From the NCBI GenBank assembly GCA_963755025.1, contig CAVWIH010000024.1:15502-79501 (forward strand): DNA of 64,000 bases. The letters run 5' to 3'. The stretch's first letter is position 1. Every line of letters begins with the position of its first letter. The notes beneath the pieces were generated by a model that searched no databases, was not told the origin of the DNA, and was given only the letters and a program-made list of their open reading frames with translations. Position numbers and translations under genes: made by a program. Below, piece after piece: positions 47,376-58,025 of the stretch. This stretch comes from an uncultured Actinomycetes bacterium (GTDB lineage Bacteria > Actinomycetota > Thermoleophilia > UBA2241).

Positions 47376-48728
47376 CAGGCTACTGAAGATCGCCTCGCCT
47401 CAAGCTCTCCGAGAGCCTTCCGGAGGATGACCCTCGCCGCCTCGCGAACCTGCTAGTGTGCGGCCAGGCAGGCGACGGGGAGGGGCTCAGGATGCGCGGT
47501 GACGAGGAGCGGCAGGCGGGGTTCATCGTCATGACCACGCTCGAGGACGTGGTGCCCGACGATCATCCCCTGCGCGCCATCCGCGCCCTGGTCGACGTCG
47601 CCCTTGGGCAGATGAGTCCCGAGCTCGAGACTCTCTACGCCGAGCGCGGTCGCCCCTCGATCGCCCCCGAGTACCTGCTGCGCGCCCAGCTTGCCCAGAT
47701 CCTCTACGCCATCCCCTCCGAGCGCCGCCTGGTCGAACAGCTGCGCTATAACCTCCTGCTGCGCTGGTTCGTGGGCCTGCCCTTCGACGAGCCGGTCTGG
47801 CATCCGACGACCTTCACCAAGAACCGCGACCGCCTGCTCACGAGGGAGGTCGCCGAGGCCTTCTTCTCTGCCGTGCGCTGCCAGGCCGCCTCGCGCAAGC
47901 TGCTCTCCCGCGAGCACTTCTCCGTGGACGGCACGCTCCTTGAGGCGGCCGCCTCCTTGAAGAGCCTGCGGCCCCGCGAGGAGGGTGAAGATGGGGAGCC
48001 GCCGGCCGGCGGCGGCGGGCGCAACCGCAGCGTCGACTTCCACGGCGAGAAGCGCGGCAACGAGACGCACCGCTCGACGACCGACCCCGACTCACGCCTG
48101 GCCAAGAAGGGACGCGGCAAGGAGGCGCGTCTCTGCTACGCCGGCCACAGCCTCACCGAGAACCGCCACGGCCTGATCGTCGACTGCGAGCTGACTGCGG
48201 CCACCGGCAGCTGCGAGCGTGAGGCCGGCCTGCGGCTGCTCGCCCGTCAGCGGCGCCGCTCCGGCCGCGCTCGCCTGAGCGTAGGCGCCGACCGCGGCTA
48301 CGACACGGCCGGCTTCGTCGCCCGGGCTCGCGAGCTGCACATCACCCCGCACGTGGCCGCCAAGGACCGCTTCAGCGCCGTCGACGGCCGCACCACCCGC
48401 CACGCCGGCTACGCCACAAGCCAGCGTCGACGCAAGCTCGTCGAGGAGCCCTTCGGCTGGATGAAGACGGTCGGCGGCCTGCGCAAGCTGCGCCACCGCG
48501 GCGCGGCCAGGGTCTCGGCCATCTTCACCTTCGCCTGCGCGGCCTACAACCTGGTGCGCTTGCGGCGGTTGCTGGCGGAGCCGGCTCTGAGGTAGGGCCA
48601 GAGGCCCGGAAGGGCTCCCAAAGGGGCTGCCTTGCGGGGCTCGACAGCTCCAGAAACCACCTCATCCGTCTCGCCACGGCTCCTGGCTGCACGACACTCT
48701 CCGGAGGGCGCGCTTGTTCAGCAGCCTG
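47376..48728 (+). mobile_element. IS5-family element, copy 1 (1353 bp), CTAG on both sides
   Basis: IRs CAGGCTACTGAA / TTCAGCAGCCTG; CTAG at 47372 and 48729. Confidence 0.92.
47492..48595 (+). CDS. IS5-family DDE transposase
   Basis: DHPLRAIR, GRPSIAPE, SERRL, FSVDGT, GADRGYD, RKLVEEPFGW. Confidence 0.93.
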   Translation: MRGDEERQAGFIVMTTLEDVVPDDHPLRAIRALVDVALGQMSPELETLYAERGRPSIAPEYLLRAQLAQILYAIPSERRLVEQLRYNLLLRWFVGLPFDEPVWHPTTFTKNRDRLLTREVAEAFFSAVRCQAASRKLLSREHFSVDGTLLEAAASLKSLRPREEGEDGEPPAGGGGRNRSVDFHGEKRGNETHRSTTDPDSRLAKKGRGKEARLCYAGHSLTENRHGLIVDCELTAATGSCEREAGLRLLARQRRRSGRARLSVGADRGYDTAGFVARARELHITPHVAAKDRFSAVDGRTTRHAGYATSQRRRKLVEEPFGWMKTVGGLRKLRHRGAARVSAIFTFACAAYNLVRLRRLLAEPALR

Positions 48729-48732
48729 CTAG

Positions 48733-50341
48733 AGGCTCCTGCGGCGCTACACCTTTCTCGATAACGACCACGTCGGGTCGTCACTCGAGGAGGTCAGGGT
48801 CGTGCTCGTGGAGCTGGGGCTGGTGGAGCAGCGGCATCAGGCGGTGTTGGAGGTCCTTGCGGGATCGACGGTGGGCAGCGTCGCCCTGCGCTACGGCGTC
48901 GCCCGCCAGACGGTCCACCGCTGGCTGCGCCGCTACGGCGACGCCGGCCTGGCAGGACTCGTCGACCAGCCCTCGCGCCCCGCCACCTGCCCCCATCAGA
49001 TGGCGCCCACAGTGGAGGCCCGCATCGTCGAGCTGCGCCTGGCCCACCCGGGCTGGGGGCCGCGCACCCTGGGCCATCGCCTGGCGGTCGAGGGAGTCAC
49101 GCCCCCGGGCGCTCCTCGATCTACCGGGCCCTAGTGCGCCATCGCCTGATCGAGCCCCATCCCCGGCGCCGCAAGCGCGCCGACTACCGCCGCTGGGAGC
49201 GCAGCCGCGCCATGGAGCTCTGGCAGATGGACGTCATGGGCGACGTGCGCCTCGCAGACGGCCGCGAGCTCAAGGTCATCACCGGCATCGACGACCACTC
49301 GCGCTACTGCGTGAGCGCGGCGCTTGCCTGGCGCGCCACGGCGCGCCCGGTCTGCGAGGCGCTGCTCGCCGCCCTGCAGCGCCACGGCGCCCCCGAGCAG
49401 CTGCTCACCGACAACGGCAAGGTCTTCACGGCGCGCTTCGGACGGGGCACCGGCGAGGTGCTCTTCGACCGCCTCTGCCGCGAGCACGGCATCCGCCACC
49501 TGCTCACGGCGCCGCGCTCGCCGACCACCACCGGCAAGGTGGAGCGCTTCCACAAGACGGTGCGCGCCGAGTTCTTGGGCAAGCGCAGCTTCGCAAGCCT
49601 CGCGGAGGCCCAGGCCGCGCTCGATGACTGGGTCGCCCACTACAACAGCGAGCGTCCCCACCAGGGCATCGGCATGGTGGCGCCCGCCGAGCGCTTCGCC
49701 CTGGCCCACCCAGAGCCTGTGGCGCGACTCACCCTGGCCGCCAGCCACGAAGAGGCCGAGACGCCCGAGGGACCCGTGGTGCGCGCGGTCACCCGGCGCG
49801 TGAGCTTGCAGGGTCGCATCAGCCTGGCGGGCTACCCCTACCACGTGGGCGTCTGGCTTGCCGGGGAGGTAGTCGAGGTGGACCTGCGCCCAGACGGGCT
49901 GCTTGAGATCGTGCACCGCGGTGTGCTGGTCGTCTGCCACGCCCGGCGCCACTCCGCCACGGTCGATCCCGCCTCCCGGCCGCACAAAGAGCGGGCGCCG
50001 CGCGTGGGGCCCCAGCACCCGCGGCCGCAGACCGCCGGACGACCGGTGCTGCGCATGGTTGACAAGCGCGGCGCCATCAGCTTCGCCGGCACCACCTACC
50101 GGGTGGGCGTCGCCCAGGCCCGCCAGCAGGTCGAGGTGCGCGTGGTGGGCGACACGGTGCAGATCTCGCAGCAGGGCCGCCTCGTCCGCACGCACGCCGC
50201 ACGACACGATCGCAGCAAGGAACACGGCGCCTTCGCCACTCCGGCCGGCAGGCCGCGCAGGCCCAAGGTCTCTCAAGAAGGAGTTACAGGTGTAACAGAG
50301 CTACTGGAGCCGATCTGTAACGCGGGTACCGGGACTCGACA
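48733..50341 (+). mobile_element. IS481-family element with no recognisable left end and a frameshifted transposase (48802 onward, shift near 49110)
   Basis: HTH VARQTVHRW, WQMD, DDHSR, TDNG, GKVERFH, YNSERPHQ; right end ..GGGACTCGACA. Confidence 0.8.
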
Positions 50342-50387
50342 CAACAAACGACCAAGGAGGCCGAAACATGGCGGCGACACTCGTCGC

Positions 50388-50819
50388 GCCGCGGCCGTGG
50401 CACGACACGAGGCCGCGGCGGCACGAGCGACAACGCCGGCGGCACCCTCGCCCCCGGGCGGCGGGTACAGCCCCTCCGGCTGGGCGCAGGCGCTCCTGGG
50501 CGATCTCGGCATGCCGCGCAGCGCCCAGAACGTCACGGCAATCACGGCTTGGGAGATGGCCGAGGGCGGCAACTGGTTCAACTCGGCACGCTACAACCCC
50601 CTCGACACGACCATGCCGGAGCCCGGTTCAACGGCGATGAACTCGGCCGGCGTGCAGGCGTACACGAGCTGGGGTCAGGGACTGGCCGCCACCGTCGCCA
50701 CACTCACCAACGGCCAGTACGGTGGCATCCTCGCCGCCCTGCGGGCGGGCACCAGCGCCCTTGCGGTATCGGCTGCGGTGTCGGAATCACCGTGGGGCAC
50801 GGGAGCGTTCGGCGTCTGA
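50388..50819 (+). pseudogene. Orphan C-terminal domain resembling an actinobacterial secreted lysozyme-like hydrolase
   Basis: WAQALLGDLG..AWEMAEGG..YNPLDTT..NSAGVQAYTSW..G..AT..TL; no in-frame start with RBS or signal peptide. Confidence 0.6.
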
Positions 50820-50826
50820 AGTGTCG

Positions 50827-51108
50827 CTACCGCCTGCGCTCGCGAGCTCTCAGCCTGCGTCGTCGTGCTATCACGCCAAGACAGACAACTGCCGCAACGC
50901 CCAGGAGAAGCGCATCGACCAGCAGGGCCGACTTCGCAGAGCGACCCGCTTCCAGCAGGCCGGTGCGGGGATCGCCGAACCACAGGGCGAAGGCCAGGAT
51001 GAGCGCCACCGCGCCCCAGCGGGCAAGCCGGGCGCTTCGCCGCCCTCTTCCCCCTAAGCCGAGGCTCGACGTTTGCGTTTCAGAGGACGGTACGCCTTGG
51101 CAGGGCAT
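50827..51108 (-). CDS. Small two-TM membrane protein
   Basis: Two hydrophobic stretches and an Arg-rich tail; start uncertain. Confidence 0.4.
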   Translation of the reverse strand: MPCQGVPSSETQTSSLGLGGRGRRSARLARWGAVALILAFALWFGDPRTGLLEAGRSAKSALLVDALLLGVAAVVCLGVIARRRRLRARERRR

Positions 51109-51228
51109 CGTGTGGGTCCGACTGGCAATCTCAGCGGTTCGCGCCGTTCCGGTACTCGGCCTCTCGATCCGCAGCGTACTGGCGGCAGACGGCCCGATTG
51201 AGCCGCAGCCCCGCCTATAATGCCGACG

Positions 51229-52794
51229 ATGAGCGACCCTCCCCGGCAAGTAGCGCAGCCTACGCGTGCCTCTGAACAGGACGCGCGCCCAGTCAAGTGC
51301 CCCCACTCGCGCACCTCGGTCGGCATTGCCGTGGCGGTCATCGTCGTGCTCATCGCCTCGGCGGCCGTGCGCCTCTACGAACTGCAGCGGCCCAGCACCC
51401 TGGTCTTCGACGAGGTCTACTACGCCAAAGACGCCCATACCATTCTCGATGGCTACCTGGGACCGAACCCTGGCTATCCCTGGGAGCCGGGCAACGAGGT
51501 CTCCTGGCCGCACCCCGAGTACGGCAAGTACGCCATCGCCGCCGGCGAGGCCGGCTTCGGCAGCACCTCGTTCGGCTGGCGGATCGTGCCGGCGCTCGTC
51601 GGCATCCTGCTTATCGCGCTCATCTATCCGCTCGCCCGGCGTCTCGGCCTGTCGCCACCGTGGGCCCTGCTCGGCCTCATCCTGGCGGCCTCAGACTTTC
51701 TGGGCATCGTACAGTCGCGGATCGCCACCCTCGACATCTTCGTCACCTTCTGGTCGGTGTTGTGCGTGTTTGTCGCGCTGCGCTATGTGCAGAGTGGGCA
51801 CCGCTTACGCTGGTTGTTTCTCTGCGGCCTGGCGGGAGGGCTTGCCGTGGGCACGAAGTGGTCGGGTGCTTTTGCTTTGTTGGCGGCCGCGGCGATCATG
51901 GCGCTCTACCGGCGGCGCTCGTGGCGGGCCCCACTGGCCAGGATCGTCGGGCAGGCCCTGCGCGATCTGGCGCTGCCGGCCGTGGCGCTCGGCGTGCTGC
52001 CCCTGGCTTTATACTTCGCAAGCTACGCCGACTACTTCTTCAGGGGTCATCACACGCTGTCACAGTGGTGGGCGCTGCAACACGAGATGTGGTGGTTCAA
52101 TGAGAACCTGCACGCTTTCCACCCCTACGCTTCTCGGGCCTACACCTGGATCGTCGATTATCGCCCGGTCTGGTACTACTACCAGAAGGCGGGCAACACG
52201 GTGCACGGCATCATCTCGATCGGCAACCCGCTGCTGTGGTGGGCCTCGGTGCCGGCGCTTCTCGGCCTCGTCGTGCTGGCCGTCCTGCGGCGCGACCGCG
52301 AGCTCGCGCTGCTGCCGCTGATCGTCGCCCTGCTCTACCTGCCATGGCTCTCCACCACCCGCACCTCGTTCATGTATTACATGACCCCGGTGGCACCGTT
52401 CATGGCGCTGGCGGTAGCCATGGCCTTACGCGAGCTCTCCCGGGGCCAGCTGCGCTGGCAGTGGGCGGTGGGCCTCTTCGCAGCCGCCGCAGTGATCACC
52501 GCGCTGTGGTGGTACCAGATCGGGCAAGCCGCGCTCTGGCTGTTCTGGCGCGATCCCACGAGGGTCTCCCCGGTCTTGGCTCGCGCCGTGCTGGCCATGG
52601 CCATCGCCGTCTTCGCGCTCGCAGTGCTGCTGCTGGTCGTGTGGCCGCGGGCCCGCGGCCTGGGGCGCTACCTCACCTGGATCTACGCGGGAGCGGTCAC
52701 GGGTGTCTGTCTGGCCTTCCTGCCGATCCTCATCGACCTCGGCATCTCGGTCACGCACTACTACCACCTCATGTGGTTTCGCAACTGGATCTGA
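51229..52794 (+). CDS. Protein O-mannosyltransferase (PMT, GT39-like)
   Basis: VFDEVYY, HPEYGK, FGWR, QSRIATLD, GTKWSG, HPYAS, GNPLLWW; TATAAT 7 nt before ATG. Confidence 0.88.
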   Translation: MSDPPRQVAQPTRASEQDARPVKCPHSRTSVGIAVAVIVVLIASAAVRLYELQRPSTLVFDEVYYAKDAHTILDGYLGPNPGYPWEPGNEVSWPHPEYGKYAIAAGEAGFGSTSFGWRIVPALVGILLIALIYPLARRLGLSPPWALLGLILAASDFLGIVQSRIATLDIFVTFWSVLCVFVALRYVQSGHRLRWLFLCGLAGGLAVGTKWSGAFALLAAAAIMALYRRRSWRAPLARIVGQALRDLALPAVALGVLPLALYFASYADYFFRGHHTLSQWWALQHEMWWFNENLHAFHPYASRAYTWIVDYRPVWYYYQKAGNTVHGIISIGNPLLWWASVPALLGLVVLAVLRRDRELALLPLIVALLYLPWLSTTRTSFMYYMTPVAPFMALAVAMALRELSRGQLRWQWAVGLFAAAAVITALWWYQIGQAALWLFWRDPTRVSPVLARAVLAMAIAVFALAVLLLVVWPRARGLGRYLTWIYAGAVTGVCLAFLPILIDLGISVTHYYHLMWFRNWI

Positions 52795-52877
52795 GGGCAC
52801 GGCCGCGCTCGCCACAGGCCACAAATATCTGACGCCGTCGAACATCCGCGAGCAGCTGACTGAGCGGAGGAAAAGCA

Positions 52878-53141
52878 ATGCCGGATACTCTCACCCCCAA
52901 ACAGCCGCCCTACTGTGACGAGTGCGGCTGGCCGATCGGTGCGAAATGCCTGGTCTGCGGCGAGGAGGTACCGACCGGCGTCGACCCTTTTCACGTCCTG
53001 TTCGTAGCGACCGGAGCGACAAACGACGACACGGGTGAGGCGGGGCGATCGGAGTTCACGGCGGCGGTCCACGCCGGGTGTCACGACAGCCTCCTTGAGC
53101 GTCTCCATCAGACGCAGTGGCACGCCGCTGGTGGTGAGTAG
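52878..53141 (+). CDS. Small Cys/His-rich hypothetical protein
   Basis: GGAGG RBS; CDEC..CLVC..HAGC. Confidence 0.6.
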   Translation: MPDTLTPKQPPYCDECGWPIGAKCLVCGEEVPTGVDPFHVLFVATGATNDDTGEAGRSEFTAAVHAGCHDSLLERLHQTQWHAAGGE

Positions 53142-53223
53142 GCGCCAAAGGGCCCTCTCCACTCACAGGGCGCCCTCAGCTCAGTCCCAGACAGGCCACA
53201 TCACCTGCGGCGATACTTGCCCT

Positions 53224-54644
53224 GTGGAGGGAAGCGCAACAGCCTTTGACACCGGGCGCGCCCGTACCAGGGCGGTGCCGCTCGAGCTTGTCGCCTGCCT
53301 TGCCGTCTTTGCCGCCTTCTGCATCGCCGTGCTGACCAGGTCGGCCCAGATGCTCGAGCCCGACGACTACGCCTACCGGGCCTCGATCGTCGCCCTCACC
53401 CAAGGCCATCTGCTGCTCACTAACGCCCAGTACCTGGCCTTGGGCCAACAGCTGGCCGCCCAGGGCGGCCAGGGCATCCTGCAGTGGCACCGCCTCGCCT
53501 CCGGTCTATGGATCAGCGGAAGAACCCCGGCTATCCCTTCTTTGCCGTGCTCTTCTACCTGCTCGGCCTGCTGCGCGTCACGCCACTCTTCTACGGCGCC
53601 CTCGCCTGCATCGGCCTGTTCGTCGGTGCCTGTCGCTGGCTCGGGCGCTGGGCCGGCCTGTGGGCGGTCGTGCTGTACTGCTCCTCAGGCGCCGCGCTGG
53701 TCTTTGCCTGGCGCGCCACCATGCCCTCCTTTACCGACGCCTCGCTTATCGCCGCCGGAGCGGGCCTGCTGCTCTGGGCGCTGCTTGCCTGCGAGGCGCG
53801 GGACCGGCGGCGACTGGTAGTCGGTCTGCTGGCATTGCTCGCCCTGGAGAGCGCCGTCTTCATCCGCTACACCAACGTAGTCGAGCTGCTTGTCGCCGTC
53901 GCTGCCGTGCTGGGCATGCGCCGCATCGCCCGTCTGCCCTGGCGCACCCTCACCGTGTGGTGTGTCTGCGTCGTGCTCTTCGGCGCTGCCCTGCTTGGCT
54001 TCAACCGTCTGGTCTACGGTGGCTTTAGCTCGACGGGCTACTCCGCCGGTGAGATCACCTTCGCGACCTCGGCCCTGCTGCCCAACCTCAAGCACATGCC
54101 CGCCCAGCTTGTGCGCGCCATGCCTATGGCGCTGCTCGCGCTGGCCGCCCTTACCTGGATCGCGGTGCGCCTGGTGCGCAGTCGCGGGTGGGCGTCAGCG
54201 AGCGAGCGAGCCCGGGCGCAGCGTGACGCGCTCGTCGCCTGTGGCTTGCTGGCCGGCTGGTCCGTCTTGTGGGGGCTCTATGCCGCCTACACCTGGACCG
54301 CCCAGAACGGCGGAGGTGGTGGCGGGGTCGGACAGTCCATGCATGTGATTCGCTTTTACCTGCCCGCGATCGGCCTCATCGCCCTGCTCGGCGCCTGGCT
54401 GCTTGCGCGTCTGCCGCGCTGGATGCCGCCGGCGACCCTGGCGGTCGTTGCGGTGCTTGGGCTGCTTACGTTTCAGAGCATGGCCGGGCAGGTTCTCGGC
54501 GGAGGTTTCGGCCGCCCCGGCGGGCCCGGCGGCGGACCGCGACTGCAGCAGAGCGGGTCCGGGGGAGCACCGGGCCAGGGTTTCCCCGGGGGCGGGGCGC
54601 AGCCGCAAGGGGCACCGCCTGGCGGAGCCGCACCCTCGGACTGA
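53224..54644 (+). CDS. Multi-TM membrane protein (possible GT-C glycosyltransferase), 1-bp frameshift near 53519
   Basis: EPDDYAY loop, KNPGYP, RYTN, RFYLP; many TMs; Gly-rich tail. Confidence 0.6.
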
Positions 54645-54772
54645 ACCGATTGGCGAGTGTGCGTCTCCTCGGCATCGTGTCGGGCGGTACGCCAACATCG
54701 CCTGCCTCCCGGGTTTGAATGCCGACGATGTAGTCGCTAGTCTCAGCGCCATGCTCGCCGCCCCCAAGATGC

Positions 54773-55582
54773 TTGACTGACTGGGCCGCAGTGGGCGTGC
54801 TGAGCCTGGTGGGCGCGGTCTCCGCGTGGGGCTCGTCGGTCATCGTCGGGCTCGCCGCAGCGCTTGTTGTGGTGATCGTCGCGGGCCACCGCCGCGCCGC
54901 TCGCACCCGCAAGAGCCTGCGGCGCTGGTGGCTTGTCTTGCTGCTGCTGGTGCTCGCACCACTGTTCGTCTTCGTGAGCATGGCGGCCTACGTGGTCGTC
55001 CAGGCCGGCACCAACTGGGACATCCCGATCCTGGTCTACGTCGCCGACCATCAGGTCCACGCCCTGTCGAGGGTCGTGGCAGTGGCCACCGAGGGAGGCA
55101 GCGTACCTGTCGTCTGCCTGCTGCTCGCCGGAGCGGTGGTCGCGCTGCTCGTCGCGCGGCTGTACTGGGAGGCGGTCTTCCTGGCCATCGCCACCACCTC
55201 GTCCATGGCGGTCGACGGCATCATGAAGCTGGTCTTCGCCCGCCCGCGGCCGACGCTGTTTGCCCAGCCGCCGGGGGGCTGGTCGTTTCCGAGCGGTCAC
55301 ACGATGAGCGCCACCGGATTCGCAGCGGCGCTTCTCATCCTCTGCTGGCACACGCGATGGCGCGTGCCAGCCACGATCGCGGCGGTGCTTTATGCCGCGT
55401 TCATCGGCGTCTCGCGCGTGTACCTCGGCGTGCACTACCCCTCCGACGTCGTCGCTGGCTGGGCGTTGTCGCTCGTGGTGGTGGGTGCGGCCTGGCTGGT
55501 GTTCTGGGAGCAACTCGCAGAGACACGCGACGGGTCCCTCCCGGTGACCTCGTCGAACTGCGCCGAGAGTGATCCGACCTAA
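54773..55582 (+). CDS. PAP2 family phosphatase
   Basis: KLVFARPRP, SFPSGH, SRVYLGVHYPSDV. Confidence 0.88.
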   Translation: MTDWAAVGVLSLVGAVSAWGSSVIVGLAAALVVVIVAGHRRAARTRKSLRRWWLVLLLLVLAPLFVFVSMAAYVVVQAGTNWDIPILVYVADHQVHALSRVVAVATEGGSVPVVCLLLAGAVVALLVARLYWEAVFLAIATTSSMAVDGIMKLVFARPRPTLFAQPPGGWSFPSGHTMSATGFAAALLILCWHTRWRVPATIAAVLYAAFIGVSRVYLGVHYPSDVVAGWALSLVVVGAAWLVFWEQLAETRDGSLPVTSSNCAESDPT

Positions 55583-55753
55583 GTTCGCTGGTCGTCAGAG
55601 GAGAGCCGCGTGCTTCGTGCTGGGGCGGGGTGGTGCGCGGTTAGGTGACCCCGAGGCCATGGAGCGCGACGGCGTCATGTCCGAGCCCCTCGTCGTCTGG
55701 CTGCAGAAGGACGAAAGGCGTCTCTCACGAGCGCGGCGACATGCAAAGCTGCG

Positions 55754-56194
55754 CTACCTGGATCCGTGGCCGCTCGCAGGCTCATCGCAAAGAGGGATGC
55801 CGACCCTCTCGAGGAACGCAGTGGCAGCGGCTTTCGAGCAGGCGGCGCTGACTCTGACGCAGAACACGACACGCGAACCCGACTTCGTAAAGACGGTGAT
55901 CGTGCTCGGCTTGGCGCCCTCCAGGCCAGCCCGGGCCAAAGCGGACCTGCCTCTGGTCGGTGCCCGGCTATCGGCCATCGCGACGCTAGCCACTTCGGAC
56001 AGCGGGATCCGAACATCGGAGGGCATCTTCTTGCCGAGGCCGATTGCCTCTTCAGTGAACCATAGCGTGCCGAGTGAGCGTTCCGGCAGCTCTTCAAGGC
56101 CGCCAAGGTACGCGGCAAAGCGCCAGCTCACCGACCACGTCTGTTCGGCTCGTGGCTCGCCCGATTTGCCCTTGCGCACCCGGCTCCAGAACAC
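55754..56194 (-). CDS. Hypothetical protein (possible PH-like beta fold)
   Basis: AAGAGGA RBS; YLGG..GTLWFTEEAIGL..VRIPLSEVASV. Confidence 0.5.
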   Translation of the reverse strand: MFWSRVRKGKSGEPRAEQTWSVSWRFAAYLGGLEELPERSLGTLWFTEEAIGLGKKMPSDVRIPLSEVASVAMADSRAPTRGRSALARAGLEGAKPSTITVFTKSGSRVVFCVRVSAACSKAAATAFLERVGIPLCDEPASGHGSR

Positions 56195-56291
56195 GACGAA
56201 TCCTCTTCACAGTGACGAGGCTTCCTGGCTCACCCTAGTGCCAGCGTAGCGATGGCCCGAGTACCCCCGAGTCTGGCGCGTGCGCCCTCGA

Positions 56292-56330
56292 TGCCGGCGC
56301 AGGGACTTGAACCGACACAGACCCTGCGGC
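56292..56330 (-). other. Degenerate 3' fragment of a tRNA gene (possible att relic)
   Basis: Minus strand GGTTCAAGTCC T-loop followed by CTGCGCCGGCA; no 5' half. Confidence 0.4.
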
Positions 56331-56332
56331 TC

Positions 56333-56911
56333 CTAGGACCGCGGCGAGCCCAGCAGGTGCTCGACGTTGAGGCGATGGAGCTCGCGCTGCAGGCTTGAGT
56401 CGAGGTGGCCCGCCGCAAAGTGGTCGAGGTAGTCGTGCAGATCGCCGTTCCAGCCTGGCGTCACCTGGGCCAGGAAGTGAGCCGTCCTTGAGTGGTGCAC
56501 CGTGGCCGAGAAGGGCACGAGCCAGTAGGGCACAAGCAGCAAGGCGCCGGTCACAAGCCAGATGGCAAGGCAGCCCACAAGGAGGCCGACAAGCACTCCC
56601 CCAAGACGGTTGGCCGTGCCGACCAGCGGGATACGCTTGATCAGGCCGCTGAGCAGGCCGCCGGCCAGACGAAGCGCAAGGCCCACGACCACCACGATCA
56701 CCAGGAAGGCGACGATGCGAGCCTCGGTCGCATCCAGGCCGTGCAAAAGCCGGGGCAGCAAGCGGCCCAGCGCTGCGTCGAAGCTGAAGGCCAGAGCCAC
56801 AGCGGCAGCGAAGGCGACCAGGCCGATCGCCATGGCGATCAGTCCGCGGCGCAGGCCGCGCACGGCAAGCAGGACGAGGATCACGAGGACGATCACGTCG
56901 TAGGCGTTCAT
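56333..56911 (-). CDS. CvpA family membrane protein
   Basis: DVIVLVIL..GLRRGLI..NRLGGVLVG..HSR. Confidence 0.85.
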   Translation of the reverse strand: MNAYDVIVLVILVLLAVRGLRRGLIAMAIGLVAFAAAVALAFSFDAALGRLLPRLLHGLDATEARIVAFLVIVVVVGLALRLAGGLLSGLIKRIPLVGTANRLGGVLVGLLVGCLAIWLVTGALLLVPYWLVPFSATVHHSRTAHFLAQVTPGWNGDLHDYLDHFAAGHLDSSLQRELHRLNVEHLLGSPRS

Positions 56912-57849
56912 GGCACGCGCCCTAGCCTTCGCGACGTACTGTCGGCGACCTTGGGAGCCAGGCTCAGAACCACGGCTTGGTCCTGGGCCTCGAGGGCGAC
57001 CACGCGACGCAGGGCGCGGCAGGCCACCTTGAGCTGCTCGCGCTGCGGCTCGCGGGTGGTCAGGCAGCGTTGCAGCGTCTTGCCGGCGCACAGCACGACC
57101 CGGCAGATGGTCAGCTGTGGCCGCCGCGTGACCAGGCGGAAGAGCTCAAACGACAGGGCGATCGCACACACCGAGTAGAGCGCCGAGAAGCCCTCACCGG
57201 GCAGGCGCTGGCTCAGCGGCAGATAGGCAAGTGAGAGCACGACCAGGATCGCCACGAGGTTGCTGCCGCAGCGGTCGTGAATGCGGCTGTAGGTCGCGAC
57301 GGCCCTGATATCGGCCAGATCGGCTCCTGCCTCATAGGCGTTGACCGTCTTGTGCTCGGCGCCGTGGTAGCGCCAGATCTCAGCGCCCATGCCGCGCTGC
57401 AGAGCGAGCAGGCCGAGCAGGATGCTCACCGCCTGGCCTGCGAGGTCAGCCAGGAGAGCATTTGTGATCAGCCCCGAGGCCAGCGAACTCAGCCACGAGG
57501 AGGCAAAGACCCACAGGGCAAGCCAGCCCAGCAGGCGCAAGTTGGGCCCGATGCCGTTTCTGCGCTGCAGGCGGATGGCAAAGGCGAGCATCTCAGCCAA
57601 GGCGACAAGCGAGCGCACCAGTGGCAGGCGCAACCAGCGGCTGCGATCAAGCAGGCTTACGACCGGACCATGCAGCACAGTGCCATCGCTGCGCGCCCAG
57701 GCCCAGGCGTGCTTGGAGCGCATGAGCACGCCGTTGCCGAAGGCCATGCCGCCGACGCGCAGCGCCGGCGCGCCGGGTGCGCAGGCGGGAACGACGGCAG
57801 AAGAAGGTGAAGCGACGGGGCGCTCCCCCAGCGTCAGAGAGTTCGCCAT
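56908..57849 (-). CDS. DUF1385 family protein
   Basis: VGGMAFGNGVLMR, YHGAEHKTVNAYE, SRIHDRCGS, TTREP. Confidence 0.88.
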   Translation of the reverse strand: MANSLTLGERPVASPSSAVVPACAPGAPALRVGGMAFGNGVLMRSKHAWAWARSDGTVLHGPVVSLLDRSRWLRLPLVRSLVALAEMLAFAIRLQRRNGIGPNLRLLGWLALWVFASSWLSSLASGLITNALLADLAGQAVSILLGLLALQRGMGAEIWRYHGAEHKTVNAYEAGADLADIRAVATYSRIHDRCGSNLVAILVVLSLAYLPLSQRLPGEGFSALYSVCAIALSFELFRLVTRRPQLTICRVVLCAGKTLQRCLTTREPQREQLKVACRALRRVVALEAQDQAVVLSLAPKVADSTSRRLGRVP

Positions 57850-58025
57850 GTCCTCACTATACACGGGGCGGCCGACCTGGCCGACCGGACGAAGTGTGTG
57901 CCGGTTTATCGAAGTCATCAGCTATGCACGGCGGTTATTCCGCACGGCGCCGGGGAACGGCGATGTCACGACATCCCAGGCTGGCGCCGCAGACGTCAGG
58001 CGATCCGCGGCACTGTGGAGTCATA

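Noticed and set aside
50368-50640. 90-aa ORF with strong RBS (MAATLVAPRPW..)
   Set aside because: After a few codons it reads as an off-frame shadow of the hydrolase-like domain.
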